Source of the DNA: Octopus sinensis
Taxonomy: Eukaryota
Assembly (NCBI RefSeq): GCF_006345805.1
Contig: NC_043001.1
Location: 13,020,001-13,084,000, forward strand
Direction of reading: 5' to 3'
DNA length: 64,000 nt
Shown: piece by piece, positions 27,126 to 40,440 of the stretch
Layout of the letters: the number at the start of each line of letters is the position of its first letter
Position numbering within the stretch: position 1 is the stretch's first letter
Translations under genes and position numbers: made by a program
Notes under the pieces: generated by a model
Told to the model about the DNA's origin: nothing
The model's input: the letters and a program-made list of their open reading frames with translations, nothing else
The model's database searches: none

Positions 27126-27781
27126 AAATTAAATTTAAAAAAAGAATTTGTGAAACATTCACCTTCACCCCGTGTGAAACTTTGGGTATCCATTATACTG
27201 GATTTCGATCAATATGATATTTTTTTTTTACAGGACATCATTAAGAAGAGCAATAAACATCTGAAAATAGCGGGAATTAAGTTTACCTGTGCAGTAGAGA
27301 CAAAGGAATCATATGCAATATTACCTGATAATCGTATTCAAAATATTCAATTCTTCTCTCTGGACATACTAAACAGCAGATTTTCATGATATTTTACATT
27401 TCAATTTTCGCCATCATAGATTTTGATTAATCCTTTCAAATAGTGCCCATTGGGCTTGGGATAAACCGATTATATTAATCCGAGTTCCGACTGCTACATA
27501 TTTTATCAATCACAACAGGATATACAGCAAATTTGACTCCGGCAATACCTGAAATGCAGAATGTGGACCTATACGAAATGTAGGTAAGCATTTTGTCCTT
27601 CTGCCAACTGCGTGCTTCCTCTACTTTTAATACAAAAACAGTTTCCATTTAACTGCTTTCTCTTACTAATATTCATGAATGTATCGCAATTTTGTAAATA
27701 CTATGTTTCAATGAGACATTGAAAATGTATGTGCGTGAGAGTGTATATGTATATGTATGTATGTATGTATGTAGATGTGTT

Positions 27782-28072
27782 GGGGTTCACTCCTACTGCG
27801 AGGCATTTTGGGCAAGTGTCTTTTGAAGAAAGCCCGTCGTATATGTGAGTGCGTGTGCATGTGTGTGCCTTTGTGTGTGTCCTTCCCATATAAGTTGGTA
27901 ACCGGTGCTGGTATGTTTATGTCCCCGTAGGTTAGCGGTTCGGCAAAGAGGTTGATAGAATAAGTACCTGACATTAAAAAAAAGAAGCACTGGGGTCGAT
28001 ACTAAAAAGTTTTGAAGGTGGTGCCCCAGCAATGCCGGGGTCTAATGGCTGAAAAAAAAGAAAAGGTGAAAG
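27782..28072 (+). mobile_element. SINE family A, decayed
   Basis: Aligns to the family A middle and tail (ggtgccccagcaatgccggggtctaatggctgaaa). Confidence 0.65.
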
Positions 28073-28082
28073 ATATATATAT

Positions 28083-30487
28083 GTTAGTTAGTTAGTTAAT
28101 ATCTCAAAAGCAAATAGCAAGGCCATGTAGGGGGACATGGAGTTAGGTACAGGGTGGTGTTCATGTAAAGAGTTCAGGCCACTTGAGGTCAAGGGAGGCT
28201 TTGAACAAAGCGGTCGTCGGCATCTTCACCATCTCGTCTGGCAGCTTGTTCCACGGATCCGCAACCCGGACGGAGAAAGCTCCTCTCCTTCGATTAGGAT
28301 GAAATCGTCGCAGGTACAGCTTTTCGGAATGACCCCGCAGCCGACGCTCTGGAGCAGGAGTGAAGAACAGCTCTTTCGAGAGGTTACACTTTCCGCTTAT
28401 GATGCTGTGGGCGAGAATGAGATCACCACGGCGGCGGCGTTTTTCAAGAGAATAAAGGTCGAGCGTCCTCAGCCTTTCTTCGTAGGACAAATTTTTGAGA
28501 CCATGAACGATGCGGGTAGCCAGCTTCTGGACTCTTTCGAGATGCTGTATGTCTTTGAGGAGATAAGGAGAAGAGGCTTGAATCCCATACTCCAATATGG
28601 GTCTCACCAGCGTGACATAGAGTGGTAGGAATATGGCTGCTGTGAGCATTCCGAATGACCGTCGAATCAAGAACAGAATTCCGCGTGCTTTGTTGGCAGC
28701 ATGGACGCACTGGGCCGAAGGCGAAAAGGAGGAATCCACCAAGATACCCAGGTCCTTTACCTGATCGGTCCTCTCCAGCAGCAGACGACCGGCTCGAAAT
28801 CAAGTTGAGTTGCAGGAGTAGAGCCGACAGGCAGATGACAGCACTTTGACACGTTCAGACACAGGTCCAATTGTTAGACCACTTCCAAATTTGGTGGAGG
28901 CATCGACAAAGATCCTCTATATTACCGCGAGGAGCGACCAGTTTGATATCGTCGGCAAATAGAAGGGTGTGTTGCGTGAGGTCGTCGGGCAAGTCATTTA
29001 TGAAGACTAAGAACAACAAGGGCCCAAGCACTGAACCTTGAGGCACGCCACTGCTCGCACTGGAGACGTCGGACCGCGAACCATTAACTTGGACTTGGAA
29101 GGAGCGATCTGAGAGGAAGGCACCAACCCATCGTACAATATCCGGATGGAAACTATATGCTTGAAGCTTGACAAGCAATAGGCGGTGGTTTACCGAGTCA
29201 AAAGCTTTGGCAAAGTCCAGTAAAACAATGTCAACAGCATCACTATCATCGAGGATGCGCGTCACCAATTCTTCCATTACTAGTAGGTTGGTCAAGCATG
29301 ATCTCTTCGGCACGAAGCCGTGTTGGGAATCAGAGATAGAGGCTGTGTTTAGGAAGTGGAGCATCATACTTTTCTTAAGGATGGTTTCGAACATCTTGCT
29401 GATAATTGATGTAAGGGAAACCGGTCGGTAGTTAAGCGGGTCTTCGCGGCTCCCTTTCTTGAAAATTGGGCAGATTATCGCTGTTCTCCAGTCTGCAGGT
29501 ATAACACCCGTCGACAATGACATATTGAATAGTCGTGTTAAGGGCTCGCAGATGACCGGAGCCAACGCTTTGATAACCCGTGGGTGTATGCCGTCAGGGC
29601 CGTGACCTTTGTTGACATCGAGGCCTTGAATAACACGTTTGACTTCGTCCCGCGTGATAACCAATCGAAGCATTGGAGGTACCGATCTATCAAATGGAGG
29701 GGGTTCACGACCATCATCTTGTTTGAAAATAGTTGAAAAAGCCTCGGCAAATAATTGACTCTGTTGATAAGGGTCCCCAATCGATACGCCTGTTGAGTCT
29801 ACCAACGTTGCAATCTGGTTGTTCAAGCGGGAATTCCGCTGGACATGGGCAAAGAAGGTTTTTGGATTGCTACTGGCATTTGCCGCGATTTTGTATTCGT
29901 AACTGAAGCGTTCTTTCTTTTCAATTTTCACGGCTCGGTCTCGTTGAGTTTTGTACACCTCAAAAGCTGCAGTCGAATCCAGATTTTTTAATTCAGCCCA
30001 AGCAATATCTCTGAGTCGATGTTCTCGTTTAACCCTCTTCGTCACCCAGGGCTTGTGTTTCTTCCTCTTGGGGAGCCCAACGGGAACTGCCTGGTCAGTC
30101 AAACAGATTACATATGCTTTGAGGGATGACCATAGTTCGTCAACTGAGGACAACGTCATCAGGGATCGGCAGTCCAGAAGCGCGGAAGCCTCGGTTAGAA
30201 TTTCAAGATTAATTGCAGAGAAGACTCTACGTGGCAGCGAAGTAGTCGTGGGCGTAGAAAAAGTTGTGTGCATGACGAACTTCAGGACCGCATGATCACT
30301 CTTGGCAAGAGGGGCGCACACAGATACGTCTGACACTGATCTTGGATAGCGGGAGAATACCAGATCTAGCATAGATGGCTGCTGCCCAGACCGATGCCTT
30401 GTCGGATATTCAACATGTTGCGATACAAAACAATCTTCAGCCACGTCAAGAAGGGCCTGGCCGAACCGGGAAGATGTTGTACAAGAT
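28083..30487 (-). mobile_element. Young 5'-truncated CR1-clade LINE with (TAAC)n tail, inserted in (TA)n
   Basis: Short 3'UTR ending (taac)4 at 28083-28098. TA tracts lie on both sides, and the element is visibly GC-richer than its flanks. Confidence 0.92.
28161..30480 (-). CDS. LINE ORF2 (C-terminal APE endonuclease remnant + reverse transcriptase + C-terminal domain), split by two 1-bp deletions
   Basis: Motifs LDLVF...SDH (APE), GPDGIHP, YRPVSLTS, LDFAKAFDSV, GVPQGSVLGPLLF, LFADDIKL, VKDLG, LYVTLVRPILEY, RRRRGDLI, WNKLP. Restoring one C at 28867-28868 and one at 28789-28790 joins the 565-aa and 193-aa ORFs without stops. Confidence 0.9.
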
Positions 30488-30508
30488 GTATATATATATA
30501 TATACATA

Positions 30509-30551
<43 letters not shown>

Positions 30552-31639
30552 TTTAGGTATGTATGTACATCACTTGTATGTTTTAATTATTATGTATCTT
30601 CAACTGAGGAAGCATGTTTCCAACAATGATATAAGGTTCCATGCAACTGTTTATGCCCTCAACGCTTGCTAACCAGTGTTAGTATATTTACATTTAGCGA
30701 AACTCACAGTTTGTCGAAAGTGGCTAGTAGGAGAAGTATGATATTTTATTTAATAAATTGTATCTAGTCTGTTCTCTAAAAAAAATCCATTGCGACGATG
30801 GTACATCCTGATCGATTTCCAATACATTTATCAAACAAAGGAAAGGTATATTTATGCATTGGAATTCAGGAATTTAATTATAATTTATAACCGAATTGAC
30901 AAACATTTTTCATTGTCTATATTTTCACGAATATATCGTTCTGAATGCTATAAATATTGCAATTAAGAAAACAGATACCTTTAAGCAGTAGGCAAAACTT
31001 TTAAATTTGACATTGAAAAATATGCTGTTTGGATAAATATAGTGGCTAATTTCGAAAATTGAAAAAAAAAATGTTATTTTATATATTATTTTATAATTAA
31101 AATTGTCTTAATTGTGTACACCTTGGGAATCATATGGCTTGTATAAATTTTCTTGCCAGAAAAGTAAACAAATATTTCCTATTATCTGAATCAAATTTTA
31201 GTATTTCTTTTCTAATGAATAATTTATTGAGAGATTAAATTTTATTTATATCTTCCGAATAAAATTTAAGTTTTGATGCGAAAATACGATAAAGAATTTA
31301 TGTCATATCTATAAATATGTGACCGATCGTGTATATGTGCTTCGTATGTTTTCTCTCGCTCTCTCTCTGTACGCGATGTCCTTGATAATTTTACTTTATC
31401 TTCGATTACACACGGAAATATAATGAAATTCTTGTAAGGCTGGAACTGAGGATAATGAAGTGAATAATCACGATAAAAATTGGGGGGGAGGGGTCGACTA
31501 TGAAGGCGATTAATGGCGATTAGAATGCTCGTAACTCATAATATTGCTCATGATGGTGAGAATCAGATCTAGGAATATGAATATAAAGATAACCTGCTGT
31601 AGCTGGTGATAAAGACAACCGTGATAATGATGACAGCAA

Positions 31640-32050
31640 CGCTGCTGCTGCTGTTGCTGATGATGATGGTGGTGGTGGTGGAGGTGGTGATGGTGGTGGT
31701 GGTAGTTGTGGCGGTGATGATGATGATGATGATGATGATGATAATGATGGTGGTGGTGGTGGTTGTGGCGGTGATGATGATGATGATGATAATGATGATG
31801 ATGGTGGTGGTGTTGGTGATGACGATGATTACGATGATGATGGTAGTGGTGTTGGTGATGGTGGTGATGATGATGATGGTGGTGATGTTGGTGGTGGTGG
31901 TGGTTATGATGATGATAATGATGATGGTGGTGTTGATGGTGATGATGATGATGGTGGTGTTGATGGTGATGATGATGATGATGGTGATGATGATGGTGGT
32001 GGTGGTGGTGGTGGTGGTAATGACTACGCCTATGATCCTGATGATGATGA
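31640..32050. repeat. Compound (GAT)n/(GGT)n trinucleotide tract
   Basis: Directly visible; source of the poly-M/V and poly-I/T ORFs. Confidence 0.95.
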
Positions 32051-32139
32051 AATTGGTAATCGACATACTCCCCTCCTCCAAAATTACTAGACCTGTGCTT
32101 TTAGGTTTCAAACTGTGAAAACCGTTATCCACTCTACGC

Positions 32140-32800
32140 AAAATGTTCTGAGGCCTTTCGTTCGGATTTAAGTTCTCGGTTCAAAATTTTGCCGAGGATA
32201 ACTTTGCGCTTTAACCCTTTTTGGTGTCAATTAAATTAGCACCGGTTGGGCACCGGAGTCAGTGTAATCCACTTAATCCTTCTAAGAAATTGCTGGCCGT
32301 ATGACCAAATATGAAACCAATATTTGATAGAGGAAAGGATGCTTACCAACCTCATGGTTCCGGGTTCAGTCCCACTGCGTGGCACCTTGGGCAGGTGCCT
32401 GCTACTACAGGCTTGGGCCGACCAAATCTTTGTGAGTGGACTGAAAGAAGCCAGTCGTGTGTGTGTGTGTGTGTTTGCACCCCATCATCGCTTGAAAGTC
32501 GATGTTCGTGTACTCACATTCCCATAACTTAGAGGTTCAGCAAATCAGGCCTATAGAATTAGTACTAGGCTGACAAAGAATAAGTCCTGGAGTCGATTTG
32601 TTCGATAAAAAAGGCAGTGCTCCAGCATGGCCCCAGTGGAATGACTGAAAGAAATAAAAGAATAATAATTTTTATTACAGGCACAAGGTCTAGAATTTGG
32701 GGAGATAGCCGATTGCATCAACCCCTGAAAAGAAGAAAGGCGAAGTTGACTTCAGATGAATTTGAACTCAGACTATTAAGGTCTCTGTGAGCTCGCTGCG
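32140..32800. mobile_element. SINE cluster: family C-type (+, 32140-32325), family A (+, 32335-32662), family C-type (-, 32670-32800)
   Basis: Recognisable family motifs in each segment. Confidence 0.7.
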
Positions 32801-33697
32801 TTATGTCAATTATATATAACACTATCAGAAAACCAGAAAACAAATTATGTTTAATATTTGTTTGGAGTTTGGCTCTGAGCGGATTTACATGTACTTTTAA
32901 GTTTGATTTACCTCTAAGCCCTTTCATTCAAATTGGTATAATTTATCATCTATGCTACGGAAATAAACTCTTGTTTCTAGAAAATATTTAATTGGAATTT
33001 GTTCGTTAAAATACAGCACCGTATAAATAGTTTTAGACGTTTTCAACGTATTGGTGGATATATCATTAGCTATGTAAGTTTTACTGTTTTGTTCGTTCAG
33101 GAAATGAGATAGCCGTAAGAAGTCGTGAACACATATTTCTATTCATATAATTGTAGGGGTAATTTAGAGTACAACTGTTGTTATCGGCTTGTAATAGTGA
33201 ATATATTGTATATAATATATGTGTCTATAGAAGTGGGTGTCTATATGTGTCTATAGAAGTATATAATATATGTGTCTATAGAAGTATGTGCGCGCCTGTG
33301 TGTTAATGTAAACGTTTGTGAATGCATTTGTGTATGTATATTCATAATCGGGTCTATTTACATAGTTTATTTTCATATGCTGTAGTAATCTTATCAACTT
33401 TGTTTAATTATTCATAGTAGAATTTATTGGATGCCTCGTTGTATTGTTGCTATTGAATTAAACATTTACTTGTTTGAAATTCTTGCTTTAATGCTCAATC
33501 CTATGTAATATCCGGCAACTTGTATACTTAATTCATTGCGTTAGATATCGAAGCGACTGGAAATAGTTTGTTTAATATTAAATACTTTCTGTTGTTTGAA
33601 ACTTTCCATTGAAATTGCAATGCTCAAATTCAAGGTGTTATTGTCAGTAAGAAATATTAATGTATATAAAGTTACTAAGGAAGCTCCACGTGCTTTG

Positions 33698-33729
<32 letters not shown>

Positions 33730-33732
<3 letters not shown>

Positions 33733-33980
33733 AATATTAGGGAATGAATCCAAATTTACAGGGAAAAATCAGATTTAGGGTTAAATCCAATTTTATAGTA
33801 AAATATTATATAATATAATTCGAGACAAAACCACTATTTTAAAATCAAACAAGGAAAGACTTAATCAATACATAGAATGTTAGTGGCGGTTTATTTAATT
33901 TATATTAAAATGTTATGTATTGATTAAGTCTTTCCTTGTTTGATTTTAAAATAGTGGTTTTGTCTCGAATTATATTATAT
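33730..33980. mobile_element. (TA)n-embedded fold-back element with perfect 66-bp arms
   Basis: 33809-33874 is the exact reverse complement of 33914-33979; spacer 39 bp; TA tracts on both sides. Confidence 0.85.
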
Positions 33981-34299
33981 ATATATATATATATATATAA
34001 TTCTGAGTTTCAAATCATGTCTGGATTCATTGAGTTTTATACCATTTCACTTTTGAAAAAAAAATATTGCTGAGAAGAAACTTTCAATGCATACAGTTAT
34101 AAAATTTTGCTCCATGAAACTGTTGATGCCCATATGAAAATCTGTTTATTTATATCACGGTAGAACCTGTAGAAGTTTGCATTAAGATCTTTACAAGATT
34201 TAGGTTTATCACAGAACGTTTATGATTTTCTGCTTATCTTTTAATTACATGACCTAACAATCAGTTTAGAAATGATAATTTTATTATAGGGGAAGAATT

Positions 34300-34478
34300 A
34301 AAAAAAAATAAAAAGACGAAGACAGGTTGTGTAGACAACAAACAGACGTATTAGTATAACGCACGGGAATTGAAAAACTCTTTATCGTTTCGAGCCTCCA
34401 TACTTCCACAGAAAGAAACACACAAAGAAACAGGGAGAGAAAATAAAGAATGTGTAGTGGCTAGCGATCTATTAATGA
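34300..34478 (-). mobile_element. Hammerhead-bearing short repeat, copy 3 (decayed)
   Basis: Reverse complement reads tcttt-CTGTGGA-agtatggaggctc-GAAAC-gat-aaaga, within sequence homologous to 47088-47287. Confidence 0.6.
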
Positions 34479-34489
34479 GTTTCGCGAAT

Positions 34490-35112
34490 TACAAACATAA
34501 AGTTTCAAATTTTGCCACAAGGCAAGAAATTTCGGCACGGTAGGTAGATGAGTTACATCAAGCCCAGTTTTCATTTGGCACTATCATTATATACCCTGGA
34601 AGTATGAAAAGCAAACATGACATCGGCGGAATTTGAACTCAGAACGTAAAGGCGGACGTACTGCCGGAAAATATTTTGCTTGACATGTTAACGATTCTGC
34701 CAGCTCGATGCTGTAAAGAAATTAGATACTGATTTCCAATTTTAGCAGAAAGTCAAGTCTAGGCTGGCCGTAAGTCGATGGCATTCATTCAAGTGCTCAA
34801 CCCTTATTTAGTTTATCAGCCACGAAGTGATGAAAGGCAAAGTTGACTAAGGCAGATTTTGACCTGAGAAGGTTTTAACCGGCGTGCTAACTATTCTTAT
34901 TTTTTTAATGTCCACAAGGGGCTAAAGATAGAAGAGACAAACAAGGACAGACAAAGTGATAAAGTCGATTACATCGACCCCAGTGCGTATAATCGACCCC
35001 GAAATGATGAAAGGCAAATTCGACCTCGGCGTAATTTGAACTCAGAACGTAACGGCAGACGAAATACTGCTAAGCATTTCGCCCGGCGTGCTAACGATTC
35101 TGCCAGATCGAC
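34490..35112 (-). mobile_element. Cluster of three SINE family C-type copies
   Basis: Repeated ggcggaatttgaactcagaacgta and ggcgtgctaac motifs. Confidence 0.7.
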
Positions 35113-36152
35113 GCTTTAAAGAAAGTAAATATTAATATCTAATCTGTATATTACATTTTTAACAAATGTTCGCAAGATACCGTATCGTTTAACATTTGTT
35201 AAGATATTGCTTTTCATATGTCTGAAAGGGTATCAACCAAGTAAGATCGAATTTGCTATATTGTAATTTAAATATATCTGTGTATTGGTTCTTGAGTACT
35301 TTTCTATTTAATCGCATGTATTAGTTTGAATGTGAATCTATTGTGTATGGATTTTCAAGTAACAACTTAACAGTAAACTCATAACCTTTCTACAAGCTGA
35401 ATCGGTTCATCATTACAATCCTACTATATTCATTCTACTTAACTTAATCGTGGTTCTGGCATAAGTATCAGCATACTCTTATTGGTATAGGTTACATTTA
35501 AACTTATTTGATTTGGAAAATTTTAATAATGTGCATAACCGAAAGGTGGATGTTGTATTCAGTTTTAATTAGATGTTGAAGCTTTTACTTATATCGCCGC
35601 GTTGAAACATGTGATATAGTATATGACTTTATGTAGAGATATTTAGAAAAATGAAACCTTTATAATTTTATAATTATTTTGCTTCCTCTCCAAAAGTGTG
35701 CTTGAAATATTTATTCTTTACAAAACTTGAGGTACAAAAGTTAATGTGCAGAAGACTTATTGTGCAAGTAGGTAAGGTTTGTTAATAATTAATTTTAAGG
35801 TGACTAAAACTAGTTAAATTTTAACAAAAGAAATGTCAGTTAGAAAACCATCTGCTTCAGTTATTCATTTAAGAAATGTATATTATCATTATTACATCTA
35901 ATCCTATCGTTCATATTGGTAGGCTGTGCGAAAGTTGAAGATCATAATTACTTGTAATATCTCCGTGAACTAAATAAAATATTTCGCTTTCATAATAGTA
36001 TGCAGTAAATAATTATTCACAATAAGACATTCTATACTTGGTAGCAGTTATCATATTAATGATGCCGAAATCGTTATTTCTGTGGATGTTGATATCATTA
36101 TCTTTTGGTTTTCGTGTCTCACATAATCACTGCTATATCAACTGCTATATCA

Positions 36153-36552
36153 GGCGGCGAGCTGGCAGAAACGTTAGCACAGCGGGCGAAATGCGTAGCC
36201 GTATTTCTCCTGACGTTACGTTCAAAGTTCAAATTCCACCGAGGTCGACTTTGCTTTTATCGTTTCGGGGTCGATAAATTAAGTACCAGTTACGCACTGG
36301 GGTCGATATAATCAATTTAATCCGTTTTTCCTCTCTGTGTTTAACCCCTTGTGGGTAGTAAAGAAATATGCATTTCGGCTGTTGTTACGTTCTGAGTTCA
36401 AATTCCACCGAGGCCGATTTTGCCCTTCATCCTTTCGGGGTCAATAAATAAAGTACCGGTTTCGCACTGGGGTCGATGTAATCGACTTAATCCCTTTGTC
36501 TGTTCTTGTTTGTTCCCTCTATGTTTAGCCCTTTGTGGGCAGTAAAGAAATA
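36153..36552 (+). mobile_element. SINE family C, partial dimer (head + 2x body/tail)
   Basis: The second unit starts after taaagaaata at ~36370; TSD-like tatatcaactg on both flanks. Confidence 0.85.
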
Positions 36553-37004
36553 TATATCAACTGTGTTACTTTAGGGATTTTTCTAGGAAATATGGTGTCA
36601 CCGATTATGTAGACTCCGCTCTTACCTCCGTCTATCAGTCTTCTTACATCGTTGCCAGTGAGCAAAAAAAAAATTAAGCTTAATTTTTATGAATATTTCT
36701 AAATACCACAAAGTAATCATTATCTCCTGAATTTTGCACAAATCCTCCCCCAAATATATCTATACTACATTAACGTAGTTCGATTATGCATTCCTCAATT
36801 GATAGTCAACAAGGAATTCTACTCTTTCAGATTTCATTTCTACTGATGTTGGCTACCTTAAAAATGAATCTTTTGTGTACGTTGTTGTTGTTGAGTTGTA
36901 ATAATACAAACGTAACCAGAGACGTCATTGAAATGGAAAATTTTCACTTTCTTCTATTCGTATGCGTTAACTTTCAGACAAAAAATGTTGAAATTTCTTA
37001 CTGT

Positions 37005-37203
37005 TTTACTGTTTTACTTGTTTCAGTCATTTGACTGCGGCCATGCGGGAGCACCGCCTTTAGTCGAGCAAATCGACCCCGGGACTTTATTCTATCGGTC
37101 TCTTTTGCCGAACCGCTAAGTGACGGAGACGTAAACACACCAGCATCGGTTGTCAAGCAATGCTAGGGGAACAAACACACACACACAAACATATACACAC
37201 ACA

Positions 37204-37246
<43 letters not shown>

Positions 37247-37392
37247 TATATACATATATACGACAGGCTTCTTTCAGTTTCCGTCTACCAAATCCACTCA
37301 CAGGGCATTGGTCGGCCCGGGGCTATAGCAGAAGACACTTGCCCAGATGCCACCCGGAACCATGTGGTTGGTTAGCAAGCTACTTACCACGT
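37005..37392 (-). mobile_element. SINE family A
   Basis: Full tail and internal (TA)n; head truncated. Confidence 0.85.
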
Positions 37393-38110
37393 TGCTACTA
37401 AGCTTTGGGTTTTTTGGGGTTTTTTTTTTAATAAACATGGATTTCAATCGAAGAAATAGTTTTGCAAATATAGTTCAACATATAATCTTTTAATTTAGAT
37501 AAACTTCGAACGATTAATCCCACCTGACGTGTGTTCGTTCGGTCAAATTTCTTTTGATTTATATGGAATGATTTCACACACTCTTCAAAATCTTGACCAA
37601 CAGACCAACCTTCGAACGCATTTTCCTTTTTAAAACAGAAAGCGTCAAACTAATCACCATATTTGTAACGTATCACGTCGTCAAAACACTGCTTTGTACC
37701 AACGCATAATCATACAGACACAGACTACAGAATACTCTCACATTTCTAGACCTCCTGGAACTTTACCTCGTCAGACCCGATTTACGATACCTAACTCCAT
37801 ACACATTGGTACATCATTCGTGTCAAATCAGAAATGCATCGGCGTGAAATAAAAACCTATTTAGTTACGCCCATCAAAATCTCGCAATTAACGAAAACTC
37901 ATAGAACTGTATCCTTTTTCCCTGTCGTAGCACATCAGTCAAAAACGTACCCTTCAACAATTTGAGAAAATCACATATCTGCACAAACTTAAGTGAGTTT
38001 ACCAAGACTTACAATTCCTCTAGATAAGTCACCGGAAACATGATGTTTAAGGCCATGTATAACAAGGATTTTCTCTCGCAAAAAAAAATTCTCTTTAACA
38101 CTATGCCCAG

Positions 38111-38498
38111 AGTTAGTTAGGAGCACTCCGTCGGTTGCGACGATGAGGGTCCCAGCTGATACGATCACCGGAACAGCTTGCTCGTGATATTAACGTGCAA
38201 GTGGCTGAGCACTCCACAGACACGTGTACCCTTAACGTAGTTCTCGAGGAGATTCAGCGTGACACAGAGTGTGACAAGTTTGGCCCTTTGAAATACAGGC
38301 ACAAGAGAAACAGGAAGAAAGGGTGAGAGAAAGTTGTGGTGAAAGAGTACAGCAGGGTTAACCACCACCCCCTGCCGGAGCCTCGTGGAGCTTTAGGTGT
38401 TTTCGCTCAATAAACACTCACAATGCCCGGTCTGAGATTTGAAGCCGCGATCCTCCGACCGCGAGTCCGCTGCCCTAACCACTGGGCCATTGCGCCTC
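38111..38498 (-). mobile_element. tRNA-headed SINE family B
   Basis: Reverse complement of the 58851-59240 type. Confidence 0.85.
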
Positions 38499-39040
38499 TG
38501 CCCAGTGTATGTCTGCCACATTGGCAGAATGCAACTTTTTCCTCGTTTACATAGTCGGATCTTGAAATAGTATGCCTCTAAACAAAACTTCCACATTTGC
38601 ACTTATATCAACGGATATTTTGAACATGTCTGTAACACTATTCCCCATATAAAAAAAAAGCTTTCTTCTAAAGGCGACTTCTCTTGGTGAGACGTATTTT
38701 GCATAATCGCAATGACAGTGGACGTACAGAGTAAACACTCGACGAAGACAATCATTAAGGGTCATTGGGCAAAGACGAATTTTAATGAGTAACACCTAGG
38801 AGTAATTTTATCCAGGAAATAGAATAGAGGAGCAGAAAATAATACAAGAAAAATGAAGAAGAAAAAATGTTGGGAGCTGTGAAAAATGACATCCAGCTCG
38901 GTAAACGTCCTGTCCAGAAAAGAAAGGTACAATAGAAATAGCCTGTAGTCACGTGTGAGTAACAGAGGCAGAGTGGAAGGGGACAATAGAAAGTTTAAGG
39001 GAAAGAAACAAAAGAAGTGAGGAGAATGGCGAAGGAACGA

Positions 39041-39100
<60 letters not shown>

Positions 39101-39637
39101 ATATATGTATGTATGTATCTATATATGTATGTATGTATCTATATATGTATGTATGTATCTATATATGTATGTATGTATGTATGTATCCATATATGTATGT
39201 ATGTTTGTATCTATATATGTATGTATGTATGTACGTACGTATGTATGTATCTATCTATATATGTATGTATGTATCTATCTATCTATATATGTATGTATGT
39301 ATCTATCTATCTATATATGTATGCATGACTCATGCTGTTAGAACAAACACACCGCTAGAAATAAGAGATGATGAGCCTCGTTGTGATGTAAAGGCACATA
39401 AAATTGTAAATGAACATGGTAACAGCGGCTGTAGATAGACAACTCAGTCGCGAGCATATATATTTATTTTGCGAGTCTCTAATATGTATACAAATAATTA
39501 AATGAGGCAGCTAGGTTAGCTGAGCTTCACCAAAAACTAAAACAATAAATGAAGCGCTCTTATTTCTATGACATTTATTGTTTTCCATTTTGGTGAATCA
39601 CAACTAACTTGTTTCCGTGTTTAATTCTATATATGTC

Positions 39638-40440
39638 TACTGGGTGGGTGAAAAGGCTTTGAAAATTGGTAATATCCCTATTCCTTTTACAAATTCATTA
39701 AAAAAATGATACAAAGGTTTTGTTACGTTGCAAAATAAATCGGAATCTTTATACTTCAAGCTAAGCATCAACCACCCTTCTCCAACGGCCAGGGATGGAA
39801 TGAACAACCTTCTGAAGGATATCGTCTTGGATGTTATTGAGAATCTCCTGAATCCGTGTCTCGAAGTCCTCCAGTGTGCGATCGGTATTAGAACATCCCA
39901 AGTCGGCGAGCTGGTAGAATCTTTTGCACGCCGGGTGAAATGCTTAGCAGTATTTCGTCTGCCGTTACGTTGTGAGTTCAAATTCCGCCGAGGTTGACTT
40001 TGCCTTTCATCCTTTCGAGGTCGATTAATTAAGTACCAGTTACACACTGGGGTCGATGTAATCGACTTAATACCTATGTCAATCCTTGTTTGTCCCCTCC
40101 ATGTTTAGCCTCTTGTGGGTAATAAAGAAATCAGTATTTCGTCTGACGTTACGTTCTGAGTTCAAATTCCGCCGAGGTCGACTTTGCATTTTGGGGTCGA
40201 TAAATTAAGTACCAGTTACGCACTGGGGTCAATATGATCGACTTAATCCGTTTGTCTGCCCTTGTTCGTCTTCTCTATGTTCAGCACCTTGTGGCTAGTA
40301 AAGAAATAGGTATTAGAATATCTCAGCCTCCTCACTCCAGAGAATGCTTTCAAACAATTCAATCCAATCTTCATACCAACCTAGCATGAACTCTTCATAT
40401 TCCATTCTGCACTCATAGTCTTCACGTTTTAGTTGCAGCA
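39638..40440 (-). mobile_element. Internally deleted Tc1/mariner-superfamily transposon fragment interrupted by a SINE
   Basis: Minus strand reads ...WIELFESILWSEEAEIF (first catalytic-D region, ~40325-40400) and RTLEDFETRIQEILNNIQDDILQKVVHSIPGRWRRVVDA* (C-terminus, ~39770-39885). TIR-like end at ~39638-39665. Confidence 0.6.
39904..40308 (+). mobile_element. SINE family C, partial dimer
   Basis: Junction taaagaaat-cagtatttcgtctg at ~40125-40145; diverged TSD ggtattagaa(c/t)atc(c/t)ca on both flanks. Confidence 0.85.

Noticed and set aside
28137-30672. Antisense and alternative-frame ORFs overlapping the CR1 ORF2 (163, 119, 114, 92, 87 aa)
   Set aside because: Shadow ORFs caused by the higher GC content of the LINE.
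37600-38060. Possible decayed LINE or Penelope coding remnant, with a minus-strand CTGACGA
   Set aside because: No recognisable protein motif, and stem II does not pair before the next GAAA.
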